DNA from: an uncultured Megasphaera sp.
GTDB lineage: Bacteria > Bacillota > Negativicutes > Veillonellales > Megasphaeraceae
DNA: 64,000 nucleotides
Direction: 5' to 3'
Assembly: GCA_934202965.1 (NCBI GenBank)
Contig: CAKPYN010000006.1
Span: 37,141 to 101,140, forward strand
Below the pieces are notes generated by a model, which was given only the letters and a program-made list of their open reading frames with translations, was not told the origin of the DNA and made no database searches. Shown here piece after piece: positions 9,319-18,713 of the stretch; within the stretch, counting starts at the first letter, position 1; the number at the start of each line of letters is the position of its first letter. The position numbers and the translations under genes are program-made.

Positions 9319-10143
9319 TTATCTCCCTTTATTGCTATTGGTTTCTGATGGTTTCATATATGCCGCTGCAAATGTCTGTAACACATGCTGCATCGGCTGT
9401 GGTATATATGTATTTGCCTGCCGCCACAGGGAATCCGGTACGCCATACCAAGCTTCCGCAACAGCCCCAGCCATTGCGGCCTGCGTATCCGTATCGCCGC
9501 CTAAAGATACGGCATTTTTAATGGCATCTTCAAAATCTGTGCTGTCTAAAAATGCTTCTAATGCCTGCGGCACACTATCTTTTGTACGGCACGTAAACGC
9601 ATAACCAGGACGAATATCTTGTAACGATTGCCGCAGCGGGTAAAAATAAGTCTGCAAGTATGTTCGTATTTCTTCTTTAGGCGTATGCATGCGAGCTAAA
9701 TATACGGCAGACGCAACAGCTACGGCTCCTTTGACCGCTTCTTCATTATCATGGCTTATAACAGCGGTAAGTTCAGCCAATGCCTGCACTTCATCTAAGG
9801 ACCGGCCTACCCATGCAGCTGGAGCCACACGCATGGCCGCCCCGTTAGCATAACTGCCATAAGGGGCAATTTCATCAGATAATGCCCACTGTTTAAACCG
9901 TGGGCCAAACCCAGCCTCAGGATACAAACGGAACCAGTGCTTAAACTGGCGGCGCAGCGGACCTATATACCCTTGCCGCGTTTCTTTTCCTTCCATCAAG
10001 GCTGCGGCAACGGCGATGGTCATAACGGTATCATCCGTCACATGGCATCCCGGTGCAAACCAATCAAAAATCTTGGTTTTAACAGGAGGCTCAGCAAATT
10101 CATAGGGTGATCCAATAATATCCCCAATAATCGTACCTTTCAT
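9319..10143 (-). CDS. ADP-ribosylglycohydrolase family protein
   Basis: N-terminal GDIIGSPYEF, a TDDT motif and C-terminal GGDTDTQAAMAGA, all typical of the ARH/DraG fold. Confidence 0.85.
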   Translation of the reverse strand: MKGTIIGDIIGSPYEFAEPPVKTKIFDWFAPGCHVTDDTVMTIAVAAALMEGKETRQGYIGPLRRQFKHWFRLYPEAGFGPRFKQWALSDEIAPYGSYANGAAMRVAPAAWVGRSLDEVQALAELTAVISHDNEEAVKGAVAVASAVYLARMHTPKEEIRTYLQTYFYPLRQSLQDIRPGYAFTCRTKDSVPQALEAFLDSTDFEDAIKNAVSLGGDTDTQAAMAGAVAEAWYGVPDSLWRQANTYIPQPMQHVLQTFAAAYMKPSETNSNKGR

Positions 10144-10222
10144 ATACTCACCTTCTTTATGCTTTCTGACAAAAGCTTATGGTTATTATACCATAGCCGA
10201 TTCTGTTCGCCTACAGGCTGCT

Positions 10223-10254
10223 AAAAAAGAGGCTGCCGTACAGGCAAGCCTCTT
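10223..10254 (-). terminator. Rho-independent terminator after pncB
   Basis: Minus strand GAAGAGGCT(loop)AGCCTCTT followed by TTTT. Confidence 0.7.
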
Positions 10255-10294
10255 CAAATTCTACAGTATAATATATCGGTTGCAACATAATGAT

Positions 10295-11746
10295 TTAAAA
10301 GAAATGTGCCGATTCTTCTTTTAAGATTTTTTCACGCAAAGCCGACAATTTAGCACTTCGCTGTACCCACATTTCTTCAGGATTAACGAGGCGCAAATAT
10401 TCCGGCCATAACGTCTGCATTTGTTCATCGGCATACCGCATGATTTCTTTTAACGATGGTTTTTGATATACTAATTTTCCCTTTAAAAAAATCGGTTCCA
10501 ACATTTTGCGGACCACAAAGGTACCTCCCGGAATCACACGGGAACGCCATGGTGCGTTATCACTCACCAAATGCAAGTCTTTGGATGTATCAATCGTTTC
10601 GCCTTCCAAGACAATGATATCCGCTTTCATCTTGCCATGGTCTTTGTCATAAATACGAAGAACGTTTTTCATGCCGGGATTCGAAATTTTTTCGGCATTA
10701 TCGCTCATCTTAATTTTCGGTACAAACGTATCGCCATCGTACTGACCAACCAATTTAAATACGCCTCCCAGAGACGGGCTGTCTTTTGCCGTAATCAAAT
10801 TGGTGCCTACCCCCCAGGAATTAATGCAGCATCCTTGGGATTTCAGTTCGGAAATTAGATTTTCATCTAAGTCATTGGAGGCGGCAATAACGGCATCGCC
10901 AAAACCGGCTGCTTCAAACATTTTGTGAGCTTCTTTGGAAAGGTATGCCAAATCACCACTGTCTAAACGAATACCATAGGTCTTAGGCAATGTACCTGCT
11001 TCTTTCATTTCCTTAAAAATCGTAATAGCATCGGGTACACCTTGTTTTAAAGTATTGTACGTATCAGCCAACAGAATCATATTATTTGGATACTGACGAG
11101 CATATGCACGAAAGGCTTCTATTTCTGTCGGAAAACTCATAACCCAGCTGTGTGCCATCGTTCCTAAGATAGGCATGCCAAATTTTGCACCGGACAACAC
11201 ATTACTCGTACCATTAAAACCGCCAATCATAGCAGACCGAGCCCCATATACACCGGCAGACATGCCTTGGGCACGACGAAGGCCAAATTCCATCAGATTA
11301 TCATTGCCTGCGACCGTACGAACACGGCGAGCTTTAGTCGCAATCAGGCTTTCATGATTCATAATCATGGACATGCAGGTTTCTAACAGCAATGCTTCCG
11401 CTTTTTTAGTATGAACGCGCAGCAATACTTCCTGCGGGAATGCAATTGTCCCTTCCGGCATGGCATAAATATCGCCCGTAAACGTAATTGTTCTTAAGTA
11501 ATCCAGGAACTCATCCTGGAATATACCTGTCCGTTTCAAATACGCTATATCATCATCACTGAAATGAATATTATGCACATAGTCAATTAAATGTTCCAGC
11601 CCTGCAACAATCGTATAGCCCCCATTAAAGGGGTTCGTTCGATAGTATCGGTCAAACACGCAGGATTGTTCGTGTTTCCCTTCAAAATACAGCCCTTGTA
11701 TCATGGTCAATTGATACAAGTCTGTCAACAACGCTTTCGTATACAA
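10295..11746 (-). CDS. pncB: Nicotinate phosphoribosyltransferase
   Basis: ALLTDLYQLTM N-terminal block and a length near 480 aa. The ORF extends to 11806 (TTG). I prefer the TTG at 11746 with a GGAGG SD 8 nt upstream; the ATG at 11785 lacks an SD. Confidence 0.88.
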   Translation of the reverse strand: MYTKALLTDLYQLTMIQGLYFEGKHEQSCVFDRYYRTNPFNGGYTIVAGLEHLIDYVHNIHFSDDDIAYLKRTGIFQDEFLDYLRTITFTGDIYAMPEGTIAFPQEVLLRVHTKKAEALLLETCMSMIMNHESLIATKARRVRTVAGNDNLMEFGLRRAQGMSAGVYGARSAMIGGFNGTSNVLSGAKFGMPILGTMAHSWVMSFPTEIEAFRAYARQYPNNMILLADTYNTLKQGVPDAITIFKEMKEAGTLPKTYGIRLDSGDLAYLSKEAHKMFEAAGFGDAVIAASNDLDENLISELKSQGCCINSWGVGTNLITAKDSPSLGGVFKLVGQYDGDTFVPKIKMSDNAEKISNPGMKNVLRIYDKDHGKMKADIIVLEGETIDTSKDLHLVSDNAPWRSRVIPGGTFVVRKMLEPIFLKGKLVYQKPSLKEIMRYADEQMQTLWPEYLRLVNPEEMWVQRSAKLSALREKILKEESAHFF

Positions 11747-12010
11747 TATACTCGCCTCCAAATAAATATTATCTCTATTATACATCAAATAAACAATGGT
11801 GAGCAATGAAATTTTACATTTTGCTTACGTTGCAGAGATATCCTATTTACCATTTCTTTACGAAATTCCTATTACCATCAAGACAACCTATCCATAGGAC
11901 GTTAAATGATACGCCGCACCCCAGTGATTTTATGCGGAACAACTTATCTTTTCGTCTATATATGGTATAATAAAAATCACTGTATTCGTATCATAGAAAG
12001 GAGTTTGGGT

Positions 12011-12907
12011 ATGAAATATCGCTTTATGCTTTTGTTAACTGCGTTAATATGGGGATGCGCTTTTGTCGCACAACGCACCATTGCGAACATTATGGGGCCT
12101 TTTTCATTCAATGCCCTGCGTTTTTTTGTCAGTTCCATTGCGTTAATTCCTTTAGTATTTCTGTTAAACCATGACACGTCTACTGCGCAGAAACAACACA
12201 TGAAAAAACCTTCTTTTTTTCTTATTTGCACAGCCATTGGCTTTTTCTTATTTGCCGGCTCTGCCTTTCAGCAAATCGGTCTGATATACACAACGGCCGG
12301 TAAGGCCAGCTTTATTACGTCCTTATATATTATTGCCGTGCCACTGCTTGGATTATTCTTAAAAAACGCACTACGTATGTCTCACCTAATCGGCTGCCTG
12401 ATTGCCGTTATTGGCCTGTATCTGCTAACGTTCCACGATACAGGCACAGCCGTCAATATGGGTGATATATTTGAACTTATCGGCGTTTTTTTCTGGAGCT
12501 GTCACATATTATGTATTGGCCGTTTTGCTTCTGATTTTCCTGGTGTCATCTTATCCTTTGGGCAATTTATAGCTTGTACGTTTTTCAATGGCATGGCTAT
12601 GCTGATCTGCGGCGAAACGCTGACTTGGCCGATGATAACAGCTTCTGCCATTGCGATTTTGTACTGCGGCATTTTTTCCAGTAGTGTGGGCTATACGCTG
12701 CAGATTATCGCACAAAAACATGTTCCGCCAACAGAAACCTCTTTACTTTGCAGTTTCGAAATGATTTTTGGGGCCTTAGCCGGCATTCTCTTATTAGGGG
12801 AATGGATGTCTTTGCGGGAAGGCATTGGCTGCGTATTTATGGCTGTCGGTATTTTTGCTGCCCAGCTGCCTAGCCGAGAGCTGATTCATTTTTCAAAATC
12901 CTGCTAA
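12011..12907 (+). CDS. DMT-superfamily (EamA-type) transporter
   Basis: About 10 TM segments in two EamA-like halves. The ATG at 12011 (MKYRFMLL) follows a GAAAGGAG SD; the upstream ORF extension is not hydrophobic-consistent. Confidence 0.8.
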   Translation: MKYRFMLLLTALIWGCAFVAQRTIANIMGPFSFNALRFFVSSIALIPLVFLLNHDTSTAQKQHMKKPSFFLICTAIGFFLFAGSAFQQIGLIYTTAGKASFITSLYIIAVPLLGLFLKNALRMSHLIGCLIAVIGLYLLTFHDTGTAVNMGDIFELIGVFFWSCHILCIGRFASDFPGVILSFGQFIACTFFNGMAMLICGETLTWPMITASAIAILYCGIFSSSVGYTLQIIAQKHVPPTETSLLCSFEMIFGALAGILLLGEWMSLREGIGCVFMAVGIFAAQLPSRELIHFSKSC

Positions 12908-12926
12908 TTTTCTATCGTATGGCATC

Positions 12927-12963
12927 AAAAAAACTGTCTTTCCATAGAAAAGACAGTTTTTTT
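12927..12963. terminator. Bidirectional terminator between the convergent EamA and transketolase genes
   Basis: AAAAAAACTGTCTTT(loop)AAAGACAGTTTTTTT. Confidence 0.8.
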
Positions 12964-12967
12964 GATA

Positions 12968-13903
12968 TTACTTTCTTTTTAAGACATTTCGTACAGCTTG
13001 TACAATAGAAGATTCCCCTAATCCATAGGCCTCCATCAAATCATCCGGTAGTCCAGATTCACCAAATGTATCTTGAATGCCTACGAGTTCTACTGGGACA
13101 CAGCAATGCTGTGACAAAACTTCACAAACTGCGCTGCCCAGGCCGCCAATACACTGATGTTCTTCACAAACCACAACGGCCTTTGTCTTGGCAGCACTAT
13201 GTATGATTGTTTCTGTATCCAGCGGTTTGACAGTATGTACGTTGATAACTTCAGCACGAATATTTTCCTGCTGCAGCGTTTGCGCCGCCTGTAATGCTTG
13301 ATATACCATCATGCCGTTGGCAAAGATGGTAACATCCTGCCCAGCTTTAAATACGGCAGCTTTTCCTAAGATAAACGGCGTATCTTCTGTCGTTACGACA
13401 GGCGCCGGATTGCGGCCAAACCGAACATACGATGGTCCAGTTTTTTCATATACTGCCATCGTCGCTTTATATGTTTCATGCCAATCGCAGGGAACGATAA
13501 CTGTCATATTGGGAATGACGCGCATAAGAGCTACATCTTCCAATGCCTGATGCGTTGCGCCATCGGGTCCTACAGAAATACCGGCATGAGCACCCCCCAA
13601 TTTAACATTAAGGTTATTATAACAGACCGTATTGCGAATCTGTCCCCATGCCCGTCCTGTCAAAAAGACGCCATATGTCGAAATAAAAGGAACAAATCCA
13701 GTCAGTGACATACCTGCTGCCGTACCTACTAAATCCTGTTCAGAAATCCCTACATTGACATATCTGTCTGGATATTTTTGCCGCACCCAATCGGTACGCG
13801 TTGATTTAGCTACGTCCGCATCTAAAACGACAACATCGTCATGAAGACGACACAATTCCAACAAGGCTTTGCCGTAACCGTTACGCATCGGTACTCGACT
13901 CAT
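12968..13903 (-). CDS. Transketolase, C-terminal (pyrimidine-binding) subunit
   Basis: Split-transketolase B subunit. The ATG at 13903 (MSRVPMRNGYG) overlaps the stop of the upstream subunit as ATGA. Confidence 0.88.
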   Translation of the reverse strand: MSRVPMRNGYGKALLELCRLHDDVVVLDADVAKSTRTDWVRQKYPDRYVNVGISEQDLVGTAAGMSLTGFVPFISTYGVFLTGRAWGQIRNTVCYNNLNVKLGGAHAGISVGPDGATHQALEDVALMRVIPNMTVIVPCDWHETYKATMAVYEKTGPSYVRFGRNPAPVVTTEDTPFILGKAAVFKAGQDVTIFANGMMVYQALQAAQTLQQENIRAEVINVHTVKPLDTETIIHSAAKTKAVVVCEEHQCIGGLGSAVCEVLSQHCCVPVELVGIQDTFGESGLPDDLMEAYGLGESSIVQAVRNVLKRK

Positions 13904-14727
13904 TGGGGCACCTCCTGAGATAATTCTTTCATAGCCGTCTGATATTGTTCTGTATTGGGAGCAGTACCATGCCATTCTGCTTGATTTTCCATATACGATA
14001 CGCCCTTGCCTTTTATCGTATGCGCCAATACAACGGTCGGTTTGCTGCGATATTGCTTAGCTTCTTTCAATGTATGATACAACTTGTCTATATCATGACC
14101 ATCTGTTTCCAAGACATGCCAACCAAAACTTTGCCACTTCGCTGCCATAGGCTGCATCTTTTTGATGCCATTCAACGCATCTACTAATTGCATGCCATTG
14201 CAGTCTACAATAAGACAAACGTGGTCTAAATGGTGTTGAGCCGCAAACGCTGCTGCTTCCCAAATCTGCCCTTCTTGCTGTTCCCCGTCGCCAATCAAGC
14301 AAAATACATGCGGCATTTCCTGTCGTCGCTGCAATGCAAAAGCAATCCCATTAGCAATGGATAACCCTTGTCCCAATGAGCCTACAGCACAGTCCAAACA
14401 AGGTAATTTTTCCATATTTGGATGTCCCTGCAGCGGGCTTCCCAGCTTCCGCAGCGTATCCAGCAAGGATACCGGGAAAAAACCTTTATGTGCCAACACA
14501 CTATAATATGCCGGGGCTGCATGCCCTTTGGATAAAATAAACCGATCTCGCCGTGGATTTTTAGGATCTTTGGGAAAACAGTGCAACAAATCGGTAAAAT
14601 ATAACGTTACCAGTATTTCGACAACTGACAAAGAACTGCCAGGATGTCCGGAACCTGCTAAATAAATAGCCTGTACAGTTTCTCTGCGTATTTGCCTGCA
14701 TAACTGTTGAAGCTGATTTGTCATCAA
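13900..14727 (-). CDS. Transketolase, N-terminal (TPP-binding) subunit
   Basis: SGHPGSSLS and the TPP motif GDGEQQEG. 275 aa, typical of the split form. Confidence 0.9.
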   Translation of the reverse strand: MMTNQLQQLCRQIRRETVQAIYLAGSGHPGSSLSVVEILVTLYFTDLLHCFPKDPKNPRRDRFILSKGHAAPAYYSVLAHKGFFPVSLLDTLRKLGSPLQGHPNMEKLPCLDCAVGSLGQGLSIANGIAFALQRRQEMPHVFCLIGDGEQQEGQIWEAAAFAAQHHLDHVCLIVDCNGMQLVDALNGIKKMQPMAAKWQSFGWHVLETDGHDIDKLYHTLKEAKQYRSKPTVVLAHTIKGKGVSYMENQAEWHGTAPNTEQYQTAMKELSQEVPQ

Positions 14728-14782
14728 TACGCGCCTCCTATAGCGAAGATTGGTCTATACTCGCTATTTATAGGTATCACAT

Positions 14783-14830
14783 AAAAAACGCACCGTATCA
14801 ATCATAGCCCGCCCCTGATACGAATGCGTT
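14783..14830 (-). terminator. Terminator-like hairpin inside the transketolase 5' leader (candidate attenuator)
   Basis: Minus strand AACGCA-TT-CGTATCA(15-nt loop)TGATACG-G-TGCGTT followed by TTTTTT, about 55 nt upstream of the tkt start. No upstream minus-strand gene ends here, since the previous gene has its own terminator at 14967-15012. Confidence 0.5.
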
Positions 14831-14884
14831 TTTTGCGAACACTGCGAAGACATTATCTTTATAAAAAATGTCTTTGTTATTATT

Positions 14885-14913
14885 ATAATACAATGATTAT
14901 ACACGTAAGTCAA
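14885..14913 (-). promoter_or_regulatory. Putative sigma-A promoter of the transketolase operon
   Basis: Minus strand TTGACT, 17 nt, TATTAT with a TG extended -10. It gives a leader of about 150 nt. Confidence 0.45.
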
Positions 14914-14966
14914 TCAGCATATGCCAATGCCGTATATTTACATACCTATAACTCATAAAAGAACAT

Positions 14967-15012
14967 ATAAAAAACATGATGCGACACGCCATCGTATCGT
15001 ATCATGTTTTTT
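14967..15012 (-). terminator. Terminator after the aminotransferase gene
   Basis: AACATGAT(loop)ATCATGTT flanked by A and T runs, 20 nt past the stop. Confidence 0.6.
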
Positions 15013-15031
15013 ATCATGCAATCTATCTGCA

Positions 15032-16228
15032 TTATTGTTTATATGCTGCCATTTCTTCTTTTAAAACATCTGCCAGTCGTTTAATGCCTTCAACAATTCG
15101 TTCTTCTGGCATATTGGAATAATTGAGCCGGAAATGGTTCGCATTGCCGCCATTCGGATAAAATGGACCGCCTGGAACGTATGCCACATCTTTGGCTAAT
15201 ACTTTTGGCATAATTTCTTTGGCATCCATGCCTTCCGGCAGCGTAACCCATGTAAATAGGCCGCCTTCTGGATAGGTAAATGTAATTTCTTTAGGAAATT
15301 CTTCTTTCATCGTCTGGCACATTAAATCCCGCCGCGTTTTATACAAGGCTTTAATTTTTTCTACATGTTTATCCAAATCATACATATCAATATAATATGA
15401 CGTCTGGCGTTGTGCAAATGATGAAGACTGTAAGTCCACAGCTTGTTTTAATTTTACAATTTTATCGATAATTTCCGGGTTTGCAACCATCCAAGCGATG
15501 CGAAGACCGGGCATAAAAATTTTAGAGAATGAGCCTAAAAATACAATATTGCCTTTGGTATCCATGGATTTTAAAGACGGTACTTTTTCACCATCATAGC
15601 GCAGTTCACCATAGGGATCGTCTTCTAGTACAGGGAAATCATACTGATTAATAATGTCCATAAATTGTTTGCGCCGTTCTAAGGGCCAGGTAATCCCTGT
15701 CGGATTTTGGAATTCTGGAATTACATACATCATGCGTACACGCGGGCCATATTGATCCAACAATTTTTCCAGTTCTTCCGGAATAATCCCTTTTTCATCT
15801 GTCGGTACTTCAACAAATTGTGGTCCACACAATTTAAATGCATTAATAGCTCCCAAATACGTCGGACTTTCTACTAATACAACATCATCTTTATTCAAAA
15901 AAATCTGCGCCAATAATGACAATCCCTGCTGCGAACCAGAGGTAATCATTACTTCATCAGCTGAGCAATCTACCATAAACGCTTGTTTCATTCGCTTAGT
16001 AATTTTTTCGCGAAGCGGCAGATAGCCTTCCGTCGTACCATACTGTACAGCCTGTTTTCCTTCTTTCGTTAAGACTTCGTCGTCTACTTTTTTCAATTCT
16101 TCCGTAGGAAATAGTTCCGGTGCCGGTAATCCGCCAGCAAAGGAAATAACTTGCGGCATGGTTGTTAATTTCAATAATTCACGGATTTCAGAAGCTTTAA
16201 GGTCCATCGCAAGGTCTGAAAATTTCAT
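15032..16228 (-). CDS. PLP-dependent aminotransferase, class I/II (paralog A)
   Basis: FAGGLPAPELFP and the PLP-Lys context GSFSKIFMPGLR. The ATG at 16228 follows an AGGAGTG SD; the track start at 16234 is TTG. Confidence 0.85.
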   Translation of the reverse strand: MKFSDLAMDLKASEIRELLKLTTMPQVISFAGGLPAPELFPTEELKKVDDEVLTKEGKQAVQYGTTEGYLPLREKITKRMKQAFMVDCSADEVMITSGSQQGLSLLAQIFLNKDDVVLVESPTYLGAINAFKLCGPQFVEVPTDEKGIIPEELEKLLDQYGPRVRMMYVIPEFQNPTGITWPLERRKQFMDIINQYDFPVLEDDPYGELRYDGEKVPSLKSMDTKGNIVFLGSFSKIFMPGLRIAWMVANPEIIDKIVKLKQAVDLQSSSFAQRQTSYYIDMYDLDKHVEKIKALYKTRRDLMCQTMKEEFPKEITFTYPEGGLFTWVTLPEGMDAKEIMPKVLAKDVAYVPGGPFYPNGGNANHFRLNYSNMPEERIVEGIKRLADVLKEEMAAYKQ

Positions 16229-16344
16229 TACCAATCACTCCTTTGGTTTTTCTAAAAAAACGTTTTACGTTACTGTTATAGTTATTATAGCATTTTAATG
16301 AATTTTTATCAATTGTATTTTTACTTTTTATCATAATACTAATT

Positions 16345-16380
16345 AAAAAAAATTCAGACATGCAATATAACATGTCTGAA
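16345..16380 (-). terminator. Terminator after aminotransferase paralog B
   Basis: Minus strand TTCAGACATG(loop)CATGTCTGAA followed by TTTTTTTT. Confidence 0.8.
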
Positions 16381-16394
16381 CTCTAAAAACGTTA

Positions 16395-17591
16395 TTATTT
16401 TAATTTAGCCATTTCTTCTTTCAATACATCAGCCAAACGTTTAATACCTTCTACGATACGTTCTTCCGGCATATTGGAATAGTTAAGACGGAAATGGTTC
16501 GCATGACCGCCATTCGGATAAAATGCGCTGCCCGGTACATATGCAACTTTCTTCGCAATAACCTTTGGCATCATTTCTTTGGCATCCATACCTTCCGGCA
16601 ACGTTACCCATGTAAATAAACCGCCTTCCGGATAGGTGAATGTAACTCCTTCAGGGAAATATTTTTTCATGGAATCATACATCAATGTACGGCGTTTACC
16701 GTATAAATTGCGGATTTCCTGCACATGCGCATCCAAATCGAACATATCGATATAATAGGAAACCTGACGCTGTGCAAACGAAGAAGACTGTAAGTCAACA
16801 GTTTGTTTCAGCATAACAGCTTTTTCCAAAACTTCCGGTGCTGCAACCATCCAGCCAAGACGAAGGCCAGGCATCAAAATCTTGGAGAAGGAACCGAAGA
16901 AAATAACATTGCCTTTTTTGTCTAACGATTTCAATGTCGGTAACGATTTGCCTTCATAACGAAGTTCACCGTATGGATCGTCTTCAATAACTGGAATGTC
17001 ATGCTGATTAACAATATCCATGAATGCTTCACGGCGTTCCATCGGCCATGTAATACCGGATGGATTCTGGAAATCAGGAATAACATACATTAAGCGAATA
17101 CGATTACCGTATTTTGCAATAATTTTATCTAATTCTTCTGGGATCATACCTTTGTCATCGGTCGGAACTTCGACAAACTGTGGGAATTTTACATTAAATG
17201 CTGTCGTAGCACCCATGTATGTCGGGCTTTCTACCAACACAATATCATCTTTATTTAAAAAGATATTGCCGAGCAGCGATAAACCTTGCTGAGAACCAGC
17301 CGTAATAATGATATCTTCATAGCTACAGTCCGTTTGGAATGCAGATTTCATACGTTCAGCAATATGTTTACGAAGCGGCACATATCCTTCTGTTGTGCTG
17401 TACTGAAGAGCTTGCCGACCTTCTTTTTCCAAAATTGCCACATCGACTTTTTTCATATCTTCCACCGGGAACAGTTCCGGAGCAGGCAAACCGCCGGCAA
17501 ACGAAATAATTTCCGGGTTTTCTGTAACTTTTAAAATTTCACGAATGTCAGATGCGTGTAAACTATTTGCTACTTCTGAAAACTTTACCAT
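16395..17591 (-). CDS. PLP-dependent aminotransferase, class I/II (paralog B)
   Basis: Roughly 70 percent identical by eye to paralog A, with the same GSFSKILMPGLR motif. The ATG at 17591 (MVKFSEV) follows an AGGAGTG SD. Confidence 0.85.
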   Translation of the reverse strand: MVKFSEVANSLHASDIREILKVTENPEIISFAGGLPAPELFPVEDMKKVDVAILEKEGRQALQYSTTEGYVPLRKHIAERMKSAFQTDCSYEDIIITAGSQQGLSLLGNIFLNKDDIVLVESPTYMGATTAFNVKFPQFVEVPTDDKGMIPEELDKIIAKYGNRIRLMYVIPDFQNPSGITWPMERREAFMDIVNQHDIPVIEDDPYGELRYEGKSLPTLKSLDKKGNVIFFGSFSKILMPGLRLGWMVAAPEVLEKAVMLKQTVDLQSSSFAQRQVSYYIDMFDLDAHVQEIRNLYGKRRTLMYDSMKKYFPEGVTFTYPEGGLFTWVTLPEGMDAKEMMPKVIAKKVAYVPGSAFYPNGGHANHFRLNYSNMPEERIVEGIKRLADVLKEEMAKLK

Positions 17592-17713
17592 AAAAATATC
17601 ACTCCTATTCTTTTTCTCTTCTTTTATGGCTCTATCCAATATAACTCATGCAACATGTATTGGAGTGCTTTTAAGTATACCACATTTTTTATATATGTGC
17701 TACAAATTTTACC

Positions 17714-17760
17714 AAAAAAAATAAAAAAACATTGCAGATATATTATTTTTTCTGCAATGT
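17714..17760 (-). terminator. Terminator after ribF
   Basis: Minus strand ACATTGCAGA(loop)TCTGCAATGT followed by a long T run. Confidence 0.75.
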
Positions 17761-17766
17761 TTTAAG

Positions 17767-18702
17767 TTAATCGTTTACGTTTATAAAAAATTTCTGTGCT
17801 GCTTCTTTATCCTGCTGCATTTGGCAGACTAATTCTTCTGCCGATGCAAATACCATTTCACCGCGAAGACGTTTCCTAAAACGTAAGTTGACCGTTTTTC
17901 CATATAAATTTTCCTGACAGTTTAATACATGCGTTTCAATTCGTCTGTACTGATGGGTAAAGGTCGGATTACTGCCAATATTGGTGATACTGGGATGACA
18001 TATGCCATTCCAAGCCAGTTCCGTAATATATACTCCATCAGCCGGTACAGCCATTTTTACGGGAATCAGCATATTCGCCGTAGGAAATCCAATCGTGCGC
18101 CCGCGATGATCTCCCTGCACAACTTCTCCGGTTAAGGTAAACGGCCTGCCCAATAAACTTTCAGCCGTCTCCATATGCCCCATATGAACCAGTCTTCGAA
18201 TGACCGTACTGCTAATTGGCGTACTCCTTCCCGGCCGTTCTAATAATGTCAAGGCCAAAACAGGTATATTATACGCTGCCATAAATTGTTTTAGCGTATC
18301 CGTATTACCAGCTGCTTTTGCGCCATACGTAAAATTAGAACCGACAACAATTGCCGACGGATGGATATACGTTAACAACTGCTGACAAAATGATTCTGGC
18401 GATTCTTTGAGTAAATGCTGCGTCATGGGCAGCAGTACGAGCCCATCAATTCCTACTGCCGCAATGTATTGTTCTTTTTGTTTCACTGTAGCCAGTCGTG
18501 CCGGTTCTTTATCCGGACAAAGAACGGACAAGGGATGGGCGCCAAATGTAATCACCATGGCTTTTACGCCTTTTTTAGCAGCCTTTTCTATTGCCGTTTT
18601 CATGACCATTTGATGTCCCAAGTGTACCCCGTCAAAGGTTCCCAAGGCAACAACCGCGCCGCAGCAATCTGTAATTTCCTGAAATGAATGGAATACTTGC
18701 AT
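17767..18702 (-). CDS. ribF: Bifunctional riboflavin kinase / FAD synthetase
   Basis: N-terminal GTFDGVHLGH nucleotidyltransferase motif and C-terminal GFPTAN kinase motif. Confidence 0.92.
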   Translation of the reverse strand: MQVFHSFQEITDCCGAVVALGTFDGVHLGHQMVMKTAIEKAAKKGVKAMVITFGAHPLSVLCPDKEPARLATVKQKEQYIAAVGIDGLVLLPMTQHLLKESPESFCQQLLTYIHPSAIVVGSNFTYGAKAAGNTDTLKQFMAAYNIPVLALTLLERPGRSTPISSTVIRRLVHMGHMETAESLLGRPFTLTGEVVQGDHRGRTIGFPTANMLIPVKMAVPADGVYITELAWNGICHPSITNIGSNPTFTHQYRRIETHVLNCQENLYGKTVNLRFRKRLRGEMVFASAEELVCQMQQDKEAAQKFFINVND

Positions 18703-18713
18703 GATTTATTACC

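Noticed and set aside
14728-14913. TPP riboswitch or T-box in the transketolase leader, and T-boxes in the permease and aminotransferase leaders
   Set aside because: I could not find the conserved TPP core (CTGAGA...ACCTGATCTGGATAATGCCAGCG-like) or the T-box specifier and T-box sequences. The other two leaders are too short for those classes.
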